Origin: Verrucomicrobiota bacterium
Lineage (GTDB): Bacteria > Verrucomicrobiota > Verrucomicrobiia > Limisphaerales > AAA164-E04
Assembly (NCBI GenBank): GCA_047947115.1
Contig: CP170459.1
Span: forward strand, 3,712,001-3,776,000
Direction of reading: 5' to 3'
DNA length: 64,000 bases
The notes beneath the pieces are model-generated. The model worked only from the letters and a program-made list of their open reading frames with translations. It did not search any database and was not told where the DNA came from. Shown in pieces: positions 1 through 9,737 of this stretch. Both the position numbers and the translations under genes were made by a program. The first letter of the stretch is position 1, and each line of letters opens with the position of its first letter.

Positions 1-345
1 GTATCATCGAAGCCACCGGTTTGCCGCGCGAATGTTTTGCCTCAAGCCTGCTGTTGTCATGGCACGCGCTTACCAAGGAATCGGATGTTCAAAATGGGGT
101 GGAGATACTGGCGGGTTGCGTGGAACGTATGCGAAGTATGTCCCCTTCATGGGCTGGAATCCGGTCGGGAAAAATTCCGTCAAAACTTCATTTGTTGAAC
201 AAGGGTTCATGATGCTTTTGGTGCGTGATGCGTCAACCTCGCTTGTGCAGGATCTGTTTTCTGCACGTGAAAGTCCCCTGAAGTGTCATGTTTCTTGATT
301 TGTCGTTTGCCAAGAGGTGTGTCTTGGTCGTATCAGTATCTTCTT

Positions 346-1644
346 ATGAATGGTGCGGTTTCTTCAGATCCCAAGTTTGGAAGTATATGGAAAAAGGTCA
401 TGTCAACGTCCAGCCTGTTTGATCCGGTGGTGGATGAACGGGTGCGTTCCATCATGGACGAAGTGGCCCGGCACGGTGACAAGGCCCTGTTGAAATTTTC
501 CGAACAGTTTGACGGTGCGAAATTGACCGTCAAACAACTGACGGTTTCCCAGGATGAATTCGATGATGCCGCAAAAAAAGTCAGCAAAACGGCACGAGCG
601 GCGATTAAGGAGGCATTTGCCAATATCCAGTCCTTCGGCAAACAGTCCAAACGGACAGCATGGAATAGCCGGAATTCGCACAAAGCCAGAGTGGGTGAAA
701 AATATGACCCGTTTCGCCGGGTAGGTCTCTACGTGCCGGGGGGGACCGCCCCGTTGGCTTCAACGGTGCTGATGACAGTCGGTCTTGCCAGGGTGGCAGG
801 CTGTCAGGACATCGTTGTCTGCACGCCTTGCAACAAGGAAGGACAGGTCAATCCGGATCTGCTATATGCTTTGAAATACGCCGGGGCGACACAGGTTTTT
901 AAACTGGGCGGCGCCCAGGCGGTGGCGGCGATGGCTTTCGGAACACGGACGGTGCCGAAGGTTGACAAGATTTTTGGTCCGGGCAACGCCTACGTGGTTG
1001 CTGCCAAACGTCTGGCGGTGGGGCATGTTTCGATCGATCTTTTGCCGGGCCCCAGTGAAGTATTGATCATTGCAGATCAAACGGCAGATGCATCGTTCGT
1101 CGCCGCCGACATGTTGGCTCAAGCCGAGCACGGTTCCGGAAAAGAACGGGTCTGCGTCCTGACCACCAGCGCCAAGTTGGCGAGAGACGTGGTCAAGCAG
1201 GTGGATAAGCAACTTAAACAGCTCAGCCGTGCCGATTTTATCCGGAAGGTGTTGGAGAAAAACGGCTGGATCATCCAGGTCAAGAATCTCGATGAAGCCG
1301 TCGATCTCGCCAATCAATTTGCGCCCGAACATTGCGAGATCATGACCGAAAATGCCCGGCAGGTTTCAAAGGGGGTGGTCACAGCCGGGGCCATCTTCCT
1401 GGGGAATCACTCCCCGACGGTGCTGGGAGATTATGTGGCGGGACCGAGCCACGTGCTGCCAACCGGCGGGGCGGGTGCTTCGTTCCCGGGCCTGACCGTG
1501 GACCAGTTCCAGCGTCGCACCAGTGTTGTGGAATATGATCACGCGGCGCTCACACGGGCCCTGCCTGCTGTCAGCGCTTTTGCAGGTATGGAAGGCCTGG
1601 ATGCACATGGACGTTCGGCTTCGATTCGAGCCGACAAGGCTTAG
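346..1644 (+). CDS. hisD: Histidinol dehydrogenase
   Basis: Motifs GLYVPGGTAPLASTVLM, KIFGPGNAYV, PGPSEV, LAQAEH, APEH, GDYVAGPSHVLPT; start moved to ATG 346 within ORF 283..1644. Confidence 0.96.
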   Translation: MNGAVSSDPKFGSIWKKVMSTSSLFDPVVDERVRSIMDEVARHGDKALLKFSEQFDGAKLTVKQLTVSQDEFDDAAKKVSKTARAAIKEAFANIQSFGKQSKRTAWNSRNSHKARVGEKYDPFRRVGLYVPGGTAPLASTVLMTVGLARVAGCQDIVVCTPCNKEGQVNPDLLYALKYAGATQVFKLGGAQAVAAMAFGTRTVPKVDKIFGPGNAYVVAAKRLAVGHVSIDLLPGPSEVLIIADQTADASFVAADMLAQAEHGSGKERVCVLTTSAKLARDVVKQVDKQLKQLSRADFIRKVLEKNGWIIQVKNLDEAVDLANQFAPEHCEIMTENARQVSKGVVTAGAIFLGNHSPTVLGDYVAGPSHVLPTGGAGASFPGLTVDQFQRRTSVVEYDHAALTRALPAVSAFAGMEGLDAHGRSASIRADKA

Positions 1645-1662
1645 TGATCTCTTAAATTTATT

Positions 1663-2793
1663 ATGGCCAAACCAAAATCCCCCAAGCTTGACTGGATCCG
1701 TCCGTTGGTCCGCGAACTGCACCCTTATACGCCCGGTGAGCAGCCGAAAGTCAAAGGACTGGTCAAGCTGAACACCAACGAGAATCCATATCCACCTTCT
1801 CCCAAGGTGCTCAAATCCGTCCGTGACGCTGTGGATGGACGTTTTCGCCTTTACCCCAATCCCACCGCCCAGTTGCTGCGGGATAAACTGGCGGATTTAC
1901 ACGGCGTGGAACGGGATCGGGTCATTGTGGGAAATGGATCCGATGAATTGTTGGCTTTGGCCACACGGGCTTTTGTCGAACCGGGTTCCAGGCGAAGGGA
2001 TGCTTCCGGACGTTCGGTCATTCAGTATTGGGTGCCGAGTTATTCGCTTTACCCGGTGCTGTCCGATATCCATGGAGCCATTCGTAATGAAGTGCCGCTC
2101 CAATCCGATTTTGGCATGCCCTCCGTGGCCACATTAAAAAAGGAAGGGAAATGGCATTTTCAAGCTGCATTAACCTATGTAACCACGCCTAATGCTCCCA
2201 CCGGGCGTGGCTATTCCAATCAGGAGCTTCGAGCTCTTTGCCGGGCTCAAGACGGTATCGTGATCCTGGATGAGGCTTATGTTGATTTTGCCGAAGAAAA
2301 TGCCATGGCTCTGACGGAGGAATGCCCCAACGTTCTCGTTTCCCGCACCTTCTCCAAGTCCTATTCACTCTGCTTTCAGCGGGTGGGTTATTTTGTCGGA
2401 CACCCTCATCTGATACGCGCGCTGGACAGTATCAGGGACAGCTATAACGTCAACGGGATCGGTCAGCTCGCCGCGCTGGAAACACTGAGGCACCTTTCCT
2501 ATTACCGCGCCAATTTTAAGAAGATCATTCGCATCCGAAAGCAAGTGGGGATGGAATTGGAATCCCTCGGATTTGATGTGTTGCCAAGCGAAACCAATTT
2601 CCTGTTCGTCAAGCCTCCCGGAGCGGATGCATCTGAATGGTATGAAGGTCTGAGGAAAAGGAAAATCCTTGTGCGCTGGTTTGGTAACAGTGCTTTCAGG
2701 GATCGCCTGCGCATTACCATCGGTTCCAAAGAGGAGATGGAGCAATGCATGCACGTCATCCGGACGCTTGCCGCAAAAGGGGCGGGTGCATAG
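1663..2793 (+). CDS. hisC: Histidinol-phosphate aminotransferase
   Basis: KLNTNENPY, GNGSDELL, PNAPTG, DEAYVDF, RTFSKSY (PLP lysine), RITIG; directly follows hisD. Confidence 0.96.
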   Translation: MAKPKSPKLDWIRPLVRELHPYTPGEQPKVKGLVKLNTNENPYPPSPKVLKSVRDAVDGRFRLYPNPTAQLLRDKLADLHGVERDRVIVGNGSDELLALATRAFVEPGSRRRDASGRSVIQYWVPSYSLYPVLSDIHGAIRNEVPLQSDFGMPSVATLKKEGKWHFQAALTYVTTPNAPTGRGYSNQELRALCRAQDGIVILDEAYVDFAEENAMALTEECPNVLVSRTFSKSYSLCFQRVGYFVGHPHLIRALDSIRDSYNVNGIGQLAALETLRHLSYYRANFKKIIRIRKQVGMELESLGFDVLPSETNFLFVKPPGADASEWYEGLRKRKILVRWFGNSAFRDRLRITIGSKEEMEQCMHVIRTLAAKGAGA

Positions 2794-2835
2794 CTCGAGT
2801 CTCGGCCTCAAGGTACGGCCGCATGCGATAAAAAG

Positions 2836-3243
2836 TTGATTCCGATCATCGGTTACCCTATGTTTTCCGGCGTGCAACGTTTGATGACATGGCTCCTGAT
2901 GGTTTTACTTACCTTTCCGGGGTGTTTGTGCAGCGCCTGGTGTTATGGTGCGTCGCACCATGATCATGCGGAGTCTCATGTCGATACTTCCGTCCCTCAT
3001 CTTTGCGATTCGCATCGACATCACCACTGTTGTTCTCATGAAGGGGATGCCGTTTCGGAGGCAATCCTTCATGAAATCCAGTCCAATCTGTTGGAACGTC
3101 CACTGGAGCGATTTGCTTCGGTTTTGGAGCAGTCTTCACTGGACCTGACAGCCCGCTTTTCCATTCCTCACGCTTTGCCTTCGGAGGTTCCCAAACCATC
3201 GTGCAGGAAAACACTTGTCTTGCTTCAACGATTCCTGATTTGA
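2836..3243 (+). CDS. Small His/Cys-rich hypothetical protein leading the metal-efflux operon (CzcI-like position)
   Basis: Hydrophobic N-terminus, CLCSAWC, HHDHAESH, HRHHHCCSH; upstream of TolC/RND genes; start uncertain. Confidence 0.55.
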   Translation: MIPIIGYPMFSGVQRLMTWLLMVLLTFPGCLCSAWCYGASHHDHAESHVDTSVPHLCDSHRHHHCCSHEGDAVSEAILHEIQSNLLERPLERFASVLEQSSLDLTARFSIPHALPSEVPKPSCRKTLVLLQRFLI

Positions 3244-3410
3244 ATTGTCTTCCCGCTTCATGGGATCTTTTTCGACGGTTCCATTCAACGTTTAGTAGCG
3301 TCACCCGATACCAGAGGTGATCGCTGACTCTTTTTTCAACTTTAATTTGTTTCAATTTTTCGGAAGTGATTCCGATACAATCCGGCGCAGTCAAGTGCTG
3401 GAACTTTGTG

Positions 3411-4715
3411 ATGACGATAACAGCACGACATGGTTTTATTTGGACCATCATGGTCCTGCTTGCTCAAGGATGTTTGCTTGGGGGGGGCTCTCCGGAGGCG
3501 TTCTCGGGTTCGGATTCCGTTGTGCTGAGTCTGGATTCCATTCCGGTAGAGGTGATGCATCGGAATCCGGATCTTCAAACAGCCCGCTGGACCATTGAAT
3601 CAGCGCGAACCCGGAAGCTGCAGGCGGGGAGACTGAGCAACCCCAGCCTGCAAACGATTTTTCAGGATAACACGCGTAATTCTGAACGCGCCATTGGATT
3701 TGGTGTGCAACAAGCCTTTCCGGTGACGGCACGCCTGAAATTGGAAAAGAGTGTTGCCCACCATCAAATTCTGGAAGCCGAAGCCGAAGTGGCTTCCGTT
3801 GCACGCCAACGCACGGAATCAGCCCTCGAACTGGGAGTTCATCTTCTAGGAAATCAATTGCGTCAGGTAGTCTTGGACGATCAAATTCAACTTGCTGATG
3901 AGTTGACTTCCTTCCTGAAAGTCCAGTCCAGGCAAGGTGAGATTTCTCCGCTGGATGCCACACATGCATCCTTGTTGGCGGGAGAACTCAGGCAGAAGCT
4001 GCGTCCGCTTCGACTCAGGAGCAGGCTGCTGAAAAGTGAACTGCGCGGTTTGCTGGGCTTAACCCCTGCTGTGGGCCTGGTCATGGATGGAACACTCTCC
4101 CCAATGGGTTTGCCGACCGCGAGTGAAATACATTTTGAAAAACTTCCTGAGATGCGGCTGCTGCACCGGAAGATTCATACCGCCGAAGAAACGTTGAAGC
4201 TGGAACGAGCTAATCGAGTGGATGATTTCAAATTGGGACTGGTTCACCAGTGGAGCCGTGAAGAGGACGTTCCCATCGGCATCGAAGCCGAACGTCAGTA
4301 TGGCTTGCAACTCTCGGTACCGCTCCCGTTCTGGAACCGTAATGAAGGCAGGATAGGGGAGGTTCTGTCGGAATTGAGTCGGTTGGAATCCTCCGTTGAA
4401 GCTCTTAAAATTGCCATTCTGAATCAAGTCGATGCCGCGTATACCGCCATGGTGGAGCATTTGGCGGCTTACCGTGAAATTACGGAACAATTAATCCCTG
4501 GCCGCCTTGCTTACCAAGAGGAATTGGAAGCATCTTTTCGTCAGGGACTGATTTCCTTTGAAGCCTTAATCAAAGCGCGGGAGCGAATGTTAGACCTGCG
4601 TTTCTCCGAAGCGGAAGCTTTGGAATCTTTTCATGCCAGCCGCGTGAAGTATCTCTCAGCGTCAGGCGCCTTTTCCAATACCCAACTGAATGAGAATGAA
4701 AAAAAAACTGAATAA
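3411..4715 (+). CDS. TolC/CzcC-family outer membrane efflux protein
   Basis: NPDLQ...AGRLSNPSL, VQQAFPV, LSVPLPFWNRNEG motifs; operon context with adaptor and RND permease; start uncertain. Confidence 0.88.
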   Translation: MTITARHGFIWTIMVLLAQGCLLGGGSPEAFSGSDSVVLSLDSIPVEVMHRNPDLQTARWTIESARTRKLQAGRLSNPSLQTIFQDNTRNSERAIGFGVQQAFPVTARLKLEKSVAHHQILEAEAEVASVARQRTESALELGVHLLGNQLRQVVLDDQIQLADELTSFLKVQSRQGEISPLDATHASLLAGELRQKLRPLRLRSRLLKSELRGLLGLTPAVGLVMDGTLSPMGLPTASEIHFEKLPEMRLLHRKIHTAEETLKLERANRVDDFKLGLVHQWSREEDVPIGIEAERQYGLQLSVPLPFWNRNEGRIGEVLSELSRLESSVEALKIAILNQVDAAYTAMVEHLAAYREITEQLIPGRLAYQEELEASFRQGLISFEALIKARERMLDLRFSEAEALESFHASRVKYLSASGAFSNTQLNENEKKTE

Positions 4716-5820
4716 GTGGTTGTGGCTTTGTGCCCTTTGTATCGTGGGGAATGCTGTCACTTGCTGGAGTGACAGGGAGAATGACCTTGTTATCCTGGAT
4801 GAATTGGGGCTTCGGAATCTTGGGATCGAAACAGAAGTGGTTACACGTCGTGATTTTGACGAAACATTGTTTGCTCTGGGGCGTCTTCAGTCCAAACCCG
4901 GCGGGCATGCTTATGTTACTGCTCGCATTCCCGGCAGGCTTGTGGACATCATGGCGCACGAAGGGGATTACGTGAAGAAGGGTGACAAGATGGTCGTGGT
5001 AGAAAGTCTTCAGCCCGGTAATCCTCCGCCTTCCCAAACGTTTTATGCTCCTATTGACGGTCTTGTGGTAAAGAGCTTTCTGCATCTGGGAGAGCCGGTG
5101 GTGCCTGAAAAACCGATATTGGAAATCATTCACCTTGAGGAAATGTATGCCGTCGCCAGGGTTCCCGAGGACAAGGTTGCATTGATTAAACCTGAGACGA
5201 GAGCGGAAATACGCGTTGCAGCTTATCCGAATAGTTTGTTCACTGGAACCTGGGAACGTTTCGGCACCATGGCGGATGCCTCGAATGCCACGCTGGATGC
5301 ATTCTTTCTGATTTCTGATCCAACTGGAAAGATCAGGCCGAACATGCGTACGGAATTCACCCTGCACATCGACACTCGAAAAAAGGTGATGTCGGTGCCG
5401 CTTGCAGCGTTGCAGGGAGATCACTTCCAGCCTTTTGTTTTCGTGCGGGATTTTGATCTGCCCAATGCCTTTCTTAAAGCGCCGGTGACCACCGGAGCAC
5501 GCAACACCACTCATATTGAAATTCTCAACGGATTGTTCCCCGGGGATCAGGTGGTGGTCAAGGGAGCTTACCCGCTTGCGTTTGCCGGAAGCGGAGGGAT
5601 CAGTCTGAAGGAGGCTCTGGACGCAGCCCATGGGCATGAACACAACGAAGATGGCTCCGAATTGACTGCCGATCAGAAAGCCGCAAAGGCGGCGGCTGAT
5701 GATCCTGACGCGGGCGGAATGAATGCCGGGCCGTTGACTTGGTTTCTGGGGATCCTTTGCCTCGGGCAGTGGATACTGCTTCTGCTTCGCGGAAAAAATC
5801 GGAGAGGGGAAACAGCTTAA
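4696..5820 (+). CDS. RND periplasmic adaptor (CzcB/CusB-like) with His-containing C-terminal extension and terminal hydrophobic helix
   Basis: VTARIPGRLV...EGDYVKKGD, APIDGLV, LRPNM-like IRPNM, GLFPGDQVVVKGA; then AAHGHEH and a C-terminal TM-like segment. Confidence 0.88.
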   Translation: MKKKLNKWLWLCALCIVGNAVTCWSDRENDLVILDELGLRNLGIETEVVTRRDFDETLFALGRLQSKPGGHAYVTARIPGRLVDIMAHEGDYVKKGDKMVVVESLQPGNPPPSQTFYAPIDGLVVKSFLHLGEPVVPEKPILEIIHLEEMYAVARVPEDKVALIKPETRAEIRVAAYPNSLFTGTWERFGTMADASNATLDAFFLISDPTGKIRPNMRTEFTLHIDTRKKVMSVPLAALQGDHFQPFVFVRDFDLPNAFLKAPVTTGARNTTHIEILNGLFPGDQVVVKGAYPLAFAGSGGISLKEALDAAHGHEHNEDGSELTADQKAAKAAADDPDAGGMNAGPLTWFLGILCLGQWILLLLRGKNRRGETA

Positions 5821-5832
5821 CCGGTTTGATTC

Positions 5833-8800
5833 ATGCTCAATTCACTCATCCAGTTCTCACTCAGACATCGCGTTGTTATCCTCACTGCGGCAGTGATCCT
5901 TTTGGCGGTGGGGATTCAGTTGGGGCGGAAACTGCCGGTCGAGGTGCTTCCGGATCTGACCAAACCAACGGTCACCATCCTGACCGAAGCCCCCGGACTG
6001 GCCCCCGAAGAGGTGGAGACACGTATCACCATTCCACTCGAAAGCGCCTTAATGGGCGTGTCGGGCGTCACCCGATTACGGTCGACTTCGGATGTGTCAC
6101 TTTCGTTGATCTATGTTGAATTTGACTGGGGAACCGACATCACGACCGCGCGTCAGTATGTTCAGGAGCGCCTGCAGTCAGCTATTCCAAACATGCCCGA
6201 AGGTGTGTTTCCCTACATGACGCCCGTGGCTTCCCTGATGGGGGAAATCATGTTGGTGGGGATGCACCATCCGGATGGGGCCGTTGATCCGCGTGATATG
6301 AGAACCTTGGCGGATTGGACGATTCGAAGACGCCTGCAGAGCATTCCGGGTATCGCCGAAGTGCTGGCCATGGGGGGAGGTGTCAAACAAATCCATATTC
6401 AACCGGATCCGGATCGGATGCGTGCGATGGAAGTGAGTTTTGATGAACTCCTTCATGCCGCGCATGAGGCCGCCGGAAACACGACGGGGGGCTTCCTTAC
6501 CGGTTCCGCTCAGGAAATCATGGTGAGGCATCTCGCCATGACGACCGACCTGGAAGCGATCGGTGCCACGATCATCAAACAAATCAATGATCGGCCGGTG
6601 ATCATCCATGATGTTGCCAAGGTGGTTTGGGACATTGAACCCATGCGTGGTGACGCCGCAGTGAACGGGGTTTACGGCGTGATCCTCAGTGTGACCAAGG
6701 CTCCGGGGTTCGACACGATCACGCTGACGGAAAATGTGGAGCGTGCGTTGGTGGAATTGCAGGAATCCATGCCTGAAGGTGTCCGTTTGGAACCCTTGTT
6801 CCGGCAATCGGATTTTATTGAACATGCCGTCGGCAATCTCCAGGAAGCTATTCGTGATGGTGCGATCATGGTTTCCATCGTGTTGTTTCTATTCCTGCTC
6901 AATGTCAGGACCACCGCCATCACGCTGATGGCGATTCCATTGTCTTTTGCAACGACATTGCTGGTGTTTTACTGGTGGGATTTAAGCGTCAACTCGATGA
7001 CCCTGGGGGGGCTTGCTGTTGCAATTGGGATGGTGGTCGACGATGCGATTGTTGATGTGGAAAATGTCTTTCGACGGCTCAAGGAGAATGCTGCAAGCCG
7101 TCAGCCACAGCCCAGGACCCAGGTGATTGCTTCGGCTTCCGCAGAGGTCAGAAACTCAATTTTTTATGCCACCGTTTTTATCATCCTGGTGTTCCTCCCA
7201 TTGCTTGGCTTGTCGGGTGTGGAAGGGCGATTGTTTGCTCCCATTGCTATGGCGACGATGGTCAGTATGGCGGCTTCGTTTTTCATTTCCCTCACCGTGA
7301 TTCCGGTTTTGTGTTCATTGTTGCTGCACCCCAAAGAGAACAAAACCCACCAGGACGGGGTGGTCGTGCGTTTGTTGAAAGGGTGTTTGCGCACCACCTG
7401 GCTCAGGTTGGCTCTGGATCGTCCCTTTGCCGTGCTGAGTCTGGCGAGTGCGCTTCTGGCAAGTGCTCTGACTTTGTATCCGATGATGGGGAAGGATTTT
7501 CTGCCGGCGTTTGAAGAGGAAACCGCGCTGGTTGCCCTGACGACGGCACCGGGTACTTCGTTGAAACAGACGGCAGAGATCGCCGATATTGCCGATCGAC
7601 TCCTCTTGGAAATTCCGGAAGTGCGGAAGGTGGGACGTCGTCACGGGCGTGCCGAACGCGGTGATCATGTGGTGCCTGTTTCGACGGTGGAATTTGATAT
7701 CGATTTCGAGACCAGTGAGCGGTCGCGCTCCGAAGTGCTGGAGGATATCCGGCGGACCATGCGCAGCATTCCCGGAACGTTCAGTGCCTTGAGCGGTCCT
7801 TTGGCCGATCGGGTCGGTCATATGCTCAGCGGCGTTTCCGCGAAGGTGGCCATTAAAGTGTTTGGTCCGGACCTGGATGAAATCCGCCGCATCGGTTCCT
7901 CCATTCAGCAAATTGCCCAGGATATTCCGGGTTTTCAGGATGCCCGCATTGAGCAGCAGGCCCCCATCCCTCAATTGCGCATCGAGATTGATCGCGATCG
8001 GGCCCAGGCTTACGGGGTTACTCCTGGAGCGTTGAACGAACAGCTTTCCGTATTGATCGGGGGCGAGCGTGTGGAGCAACTCTTTGAAGGAGCACGCACG
8101 GTGGATTTGCTGGTGCGCCTGCCTCAGGAATGGCGGGAATCTCCGGATCGTTTGCGTAATATGTATATCGATACGGAAAGTGATTTGCGGATTCCACTTC
8201 ATCTGGTTGCGGACGTTCGTCCAGCCAAAGGCCCCAATGTGATTCAGCGCGAAAACACCCAGCGGCGATTTGTGGTGAGTATCAATCCCACTGAACGGGA
8301 TTTGAATTCCAAGGTCCGGGAACTTCAGCGTCGAGTCAGTGGTGAAGTGAAAATTCCCAAAGGCTACTTCGTCAGTTTTGAAGGTGAATTCAAAGCACAA
8401 CAGGAAGCGGCTCGTCGCATCCTGTTTCTAAGTCTGCTGGTCTTTGGTGTGATGGCGGTGCTTTTGTACGGATACTTTGGAACGCCTATGTTTGCCCTGC
8501 AGGTGATCCTGGATATTCCACTGGCTTTGATGGGTGGTTTGTTCCTGACTTTTGTTCTCACACATAATGTCAGCATCGCCACCCTGGTCGGATTTATCGC
8601 AGTTGCCGGTGTGGCGGCGAGAAACAGTGTGATGCTGATTTCGCATTACCTGCACCTGATGCGGCACGAGAACGAACCTTTCAGTCGCGCCATGGTGGAG
8701 AGAGGTACTCTGGAACGTTTGGTTCCTGTGTTGATGACCGCCTTGTCCGCCGGTCTTGCACTCATTCCGCTGGTGTTGGCGGCGGATGAACCCGGCAAGG

Positions 8801-8949
8801 AAATCCTGAGACCGGTGGCCATTGTCATCGTGGGCGGATTGGTGACTTCGACTTTGCTGGGGCTTGGTGTGACTCCGGCAGTATTTTTTGCGTTCGGAAA
8901 AAAATATGCAGAGGAGGCTGTCGATAAGAAAGCGCCAGCTTCGGCTTGA
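5833..8949 (+). CDS. CusA/CzcA-family heavy-metal efflux RND permease
   Basis: 1038 aa; EAPGLAPEEVE, NSMTLGGLAVAIGMVVDDAIVDVEN, ERLVPVLMTAL, PGKEILRPVAIVIVGG. Confidence 0.95.
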   Translation: MLNSLIQFSLRHRVVILTAAVILLAVGIQLGRKLPVEVLPDLTKPTVTILTEAPGLAPEEVETRITIPLESALMGVSGVTRLRSTSDVSLSLIYVEFDWGTDITTARQYVQERLQSAIPNMPEGVFPYMTPVASLMGEIMLVGMHHPDGAVDPRDMRTLADWTIRRRLQSIPGIAEVLAMGGGVKQIHIQPDPDRMRAMEVSFDELLHAAHEAAGNTTGGFLTGSAQEIMVRHLAMTTDLEAIGATIIKQINDRPVIIHDVAKVVWDIEPMRGDAAVNGVYGVILSVTKAPGFDTITLTENVERALVELQESMPEGVRLEPLFRQSDFIEHAVGNLQEAIRDGAIMVSIVLFLFLLNVRTTAITLMAIPLSFATTLLVFYWWDLSVNSMTLGGLAVAIGMVVDDAIVDVENVFRRLKENAASRQPQPRTQVIASASAEVRNSIFYATVFIILVFLPLLGLSGVEGRLFAPIAMATMVSMAASFFISLTVIPVLCSLLLHPKENKTHQDGVVVRLLKGCLRTTWLRLALDRPFAVLSLASALLASALTLYPMMGKDFLPAFEEETALVALTTAPGTSLKQTAEIADIADRLLLEIPEVRKVGRRHGRAERGDHVVPVSTVEFDIDFETSERSRSEVLEDIRRTMRSIPGTFSALSGPLADRVGHMLSGVSAKVAIKVFGPDLDEIRRIGSSIQQIAQDIPGFQDARIEQQAPIPQLRIEIDRDRAQAYGVTPGALNEQLSVLIGGERVEQLFEGARTVDLLVRLPQEWRESPDRLRNMYIDTESDLRIPLHLVADVRPAKGPNVIQRENTQRRFVVSINPTERDLNSKVRELQRRVSGEVKIPKGYFVSFEGEFKAQQEAARRILFLSLLVFGVMAVLLYGYFGTPMFALQVILDIPLALMGGLFLTFVLTHNVSIATLVGFIAVAGVAARNSVMLISHYLHLMRHENEPFSRAMVERGTLERLVPVLMTALSAGLALIPLVLAADEPGKEILRPVAIVIVGGLVTSTLLGLGVTPAVFFAFGKKYAEEAVDKKAPASA

Positions 8950-9028
8950 CCCTGTATGGTAGAAAAATGGATACTTTCAATGGATGATTTCAGATTGGAA
9001 AATGCACATGAATCTTATAATAAAACGT

Positions 9029-9622
9029 ATGATGACTACTTCAAAACAATTGGTTTCCTCAATCTTTGCCATGTCAACTTTGGTCCTCTGGACAGCTTGC
9101 GGGCCTTCACCCGATCACGCGACTCATCACGAGGATTCCGACCACCAGCACCCTGGCGAAGTGGCGGCTCATGGTCATGGGGTTGACGGTTCCCATTCAC
9201 ACGAAGATGGCGATGACGGCCACCATTCCGGGGTTCCCGGTCCCAATGGCGGGCGATTGGTTGTAGGGGTGGAGCCTCATCTGGAATTTTTCATGCAACC
9301 CGACCGGCACGCACGAATCACGTTTGTGAATGACGATATCGAGCCGATTGCGCCCGCCGATCTTGAGATCACTCTCACCGGAGGTGACCGATCCAATCCT
9401 GTCGAGATAGGCTTCAGCCGGGCTGACGGATTCCTTTTGTCCAATGCCCCATTGCCGGACGAGCAGGATATGGCGATTGTGTTGCAGGTAAGCGGCGGGG
9501 AGAATGAAGAACCTGTCTTTGAGCGGTTTCATTTGAACATGGCCACCTGCCCGGATTGTCAGTTGCATGAGTATGCCTGTATTTGTGGTCACGCCGACCA
9601 TGAACACGATGATGAACATTGA
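9029..9622 (+). CDS. His-rich putative metal-binding lipoprotein
   Basis: Lipobox-like LWTAC, His/Asp-rich N-terminal region, GPNGGRL motif, C-terminal CPDCQLHEYACICGH. Confidence 0.7.
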   Translation: MMTTSKQLVSSIFAMSTLVLWTACGPSPDHATHHEDSDHQHPGEVAAHGHGVDGSHSHEDGDDGHHSGVPGPNGGRLVVGVEPHLEFFMQPDRHARITFVNDDIEPIAPADLEITLTGGDRSNPVEIGFSRADGFLLSNAPLPDEQDMAIVLQVSGGENEEPVFERFHLNMATCPDCQLHEYACICGHADHEHDDEH

Positions 9623-9737
9623 AGCGGGTAAATGGACCGCCACACACCGAGCGCCTTTCGGTTGTTGTGTGAATCAGTATTGAACTGGTTGAGGTTATTC
9701 CTCATCCTTCGGCACAGATTTGAACGTAAAGTAACCT

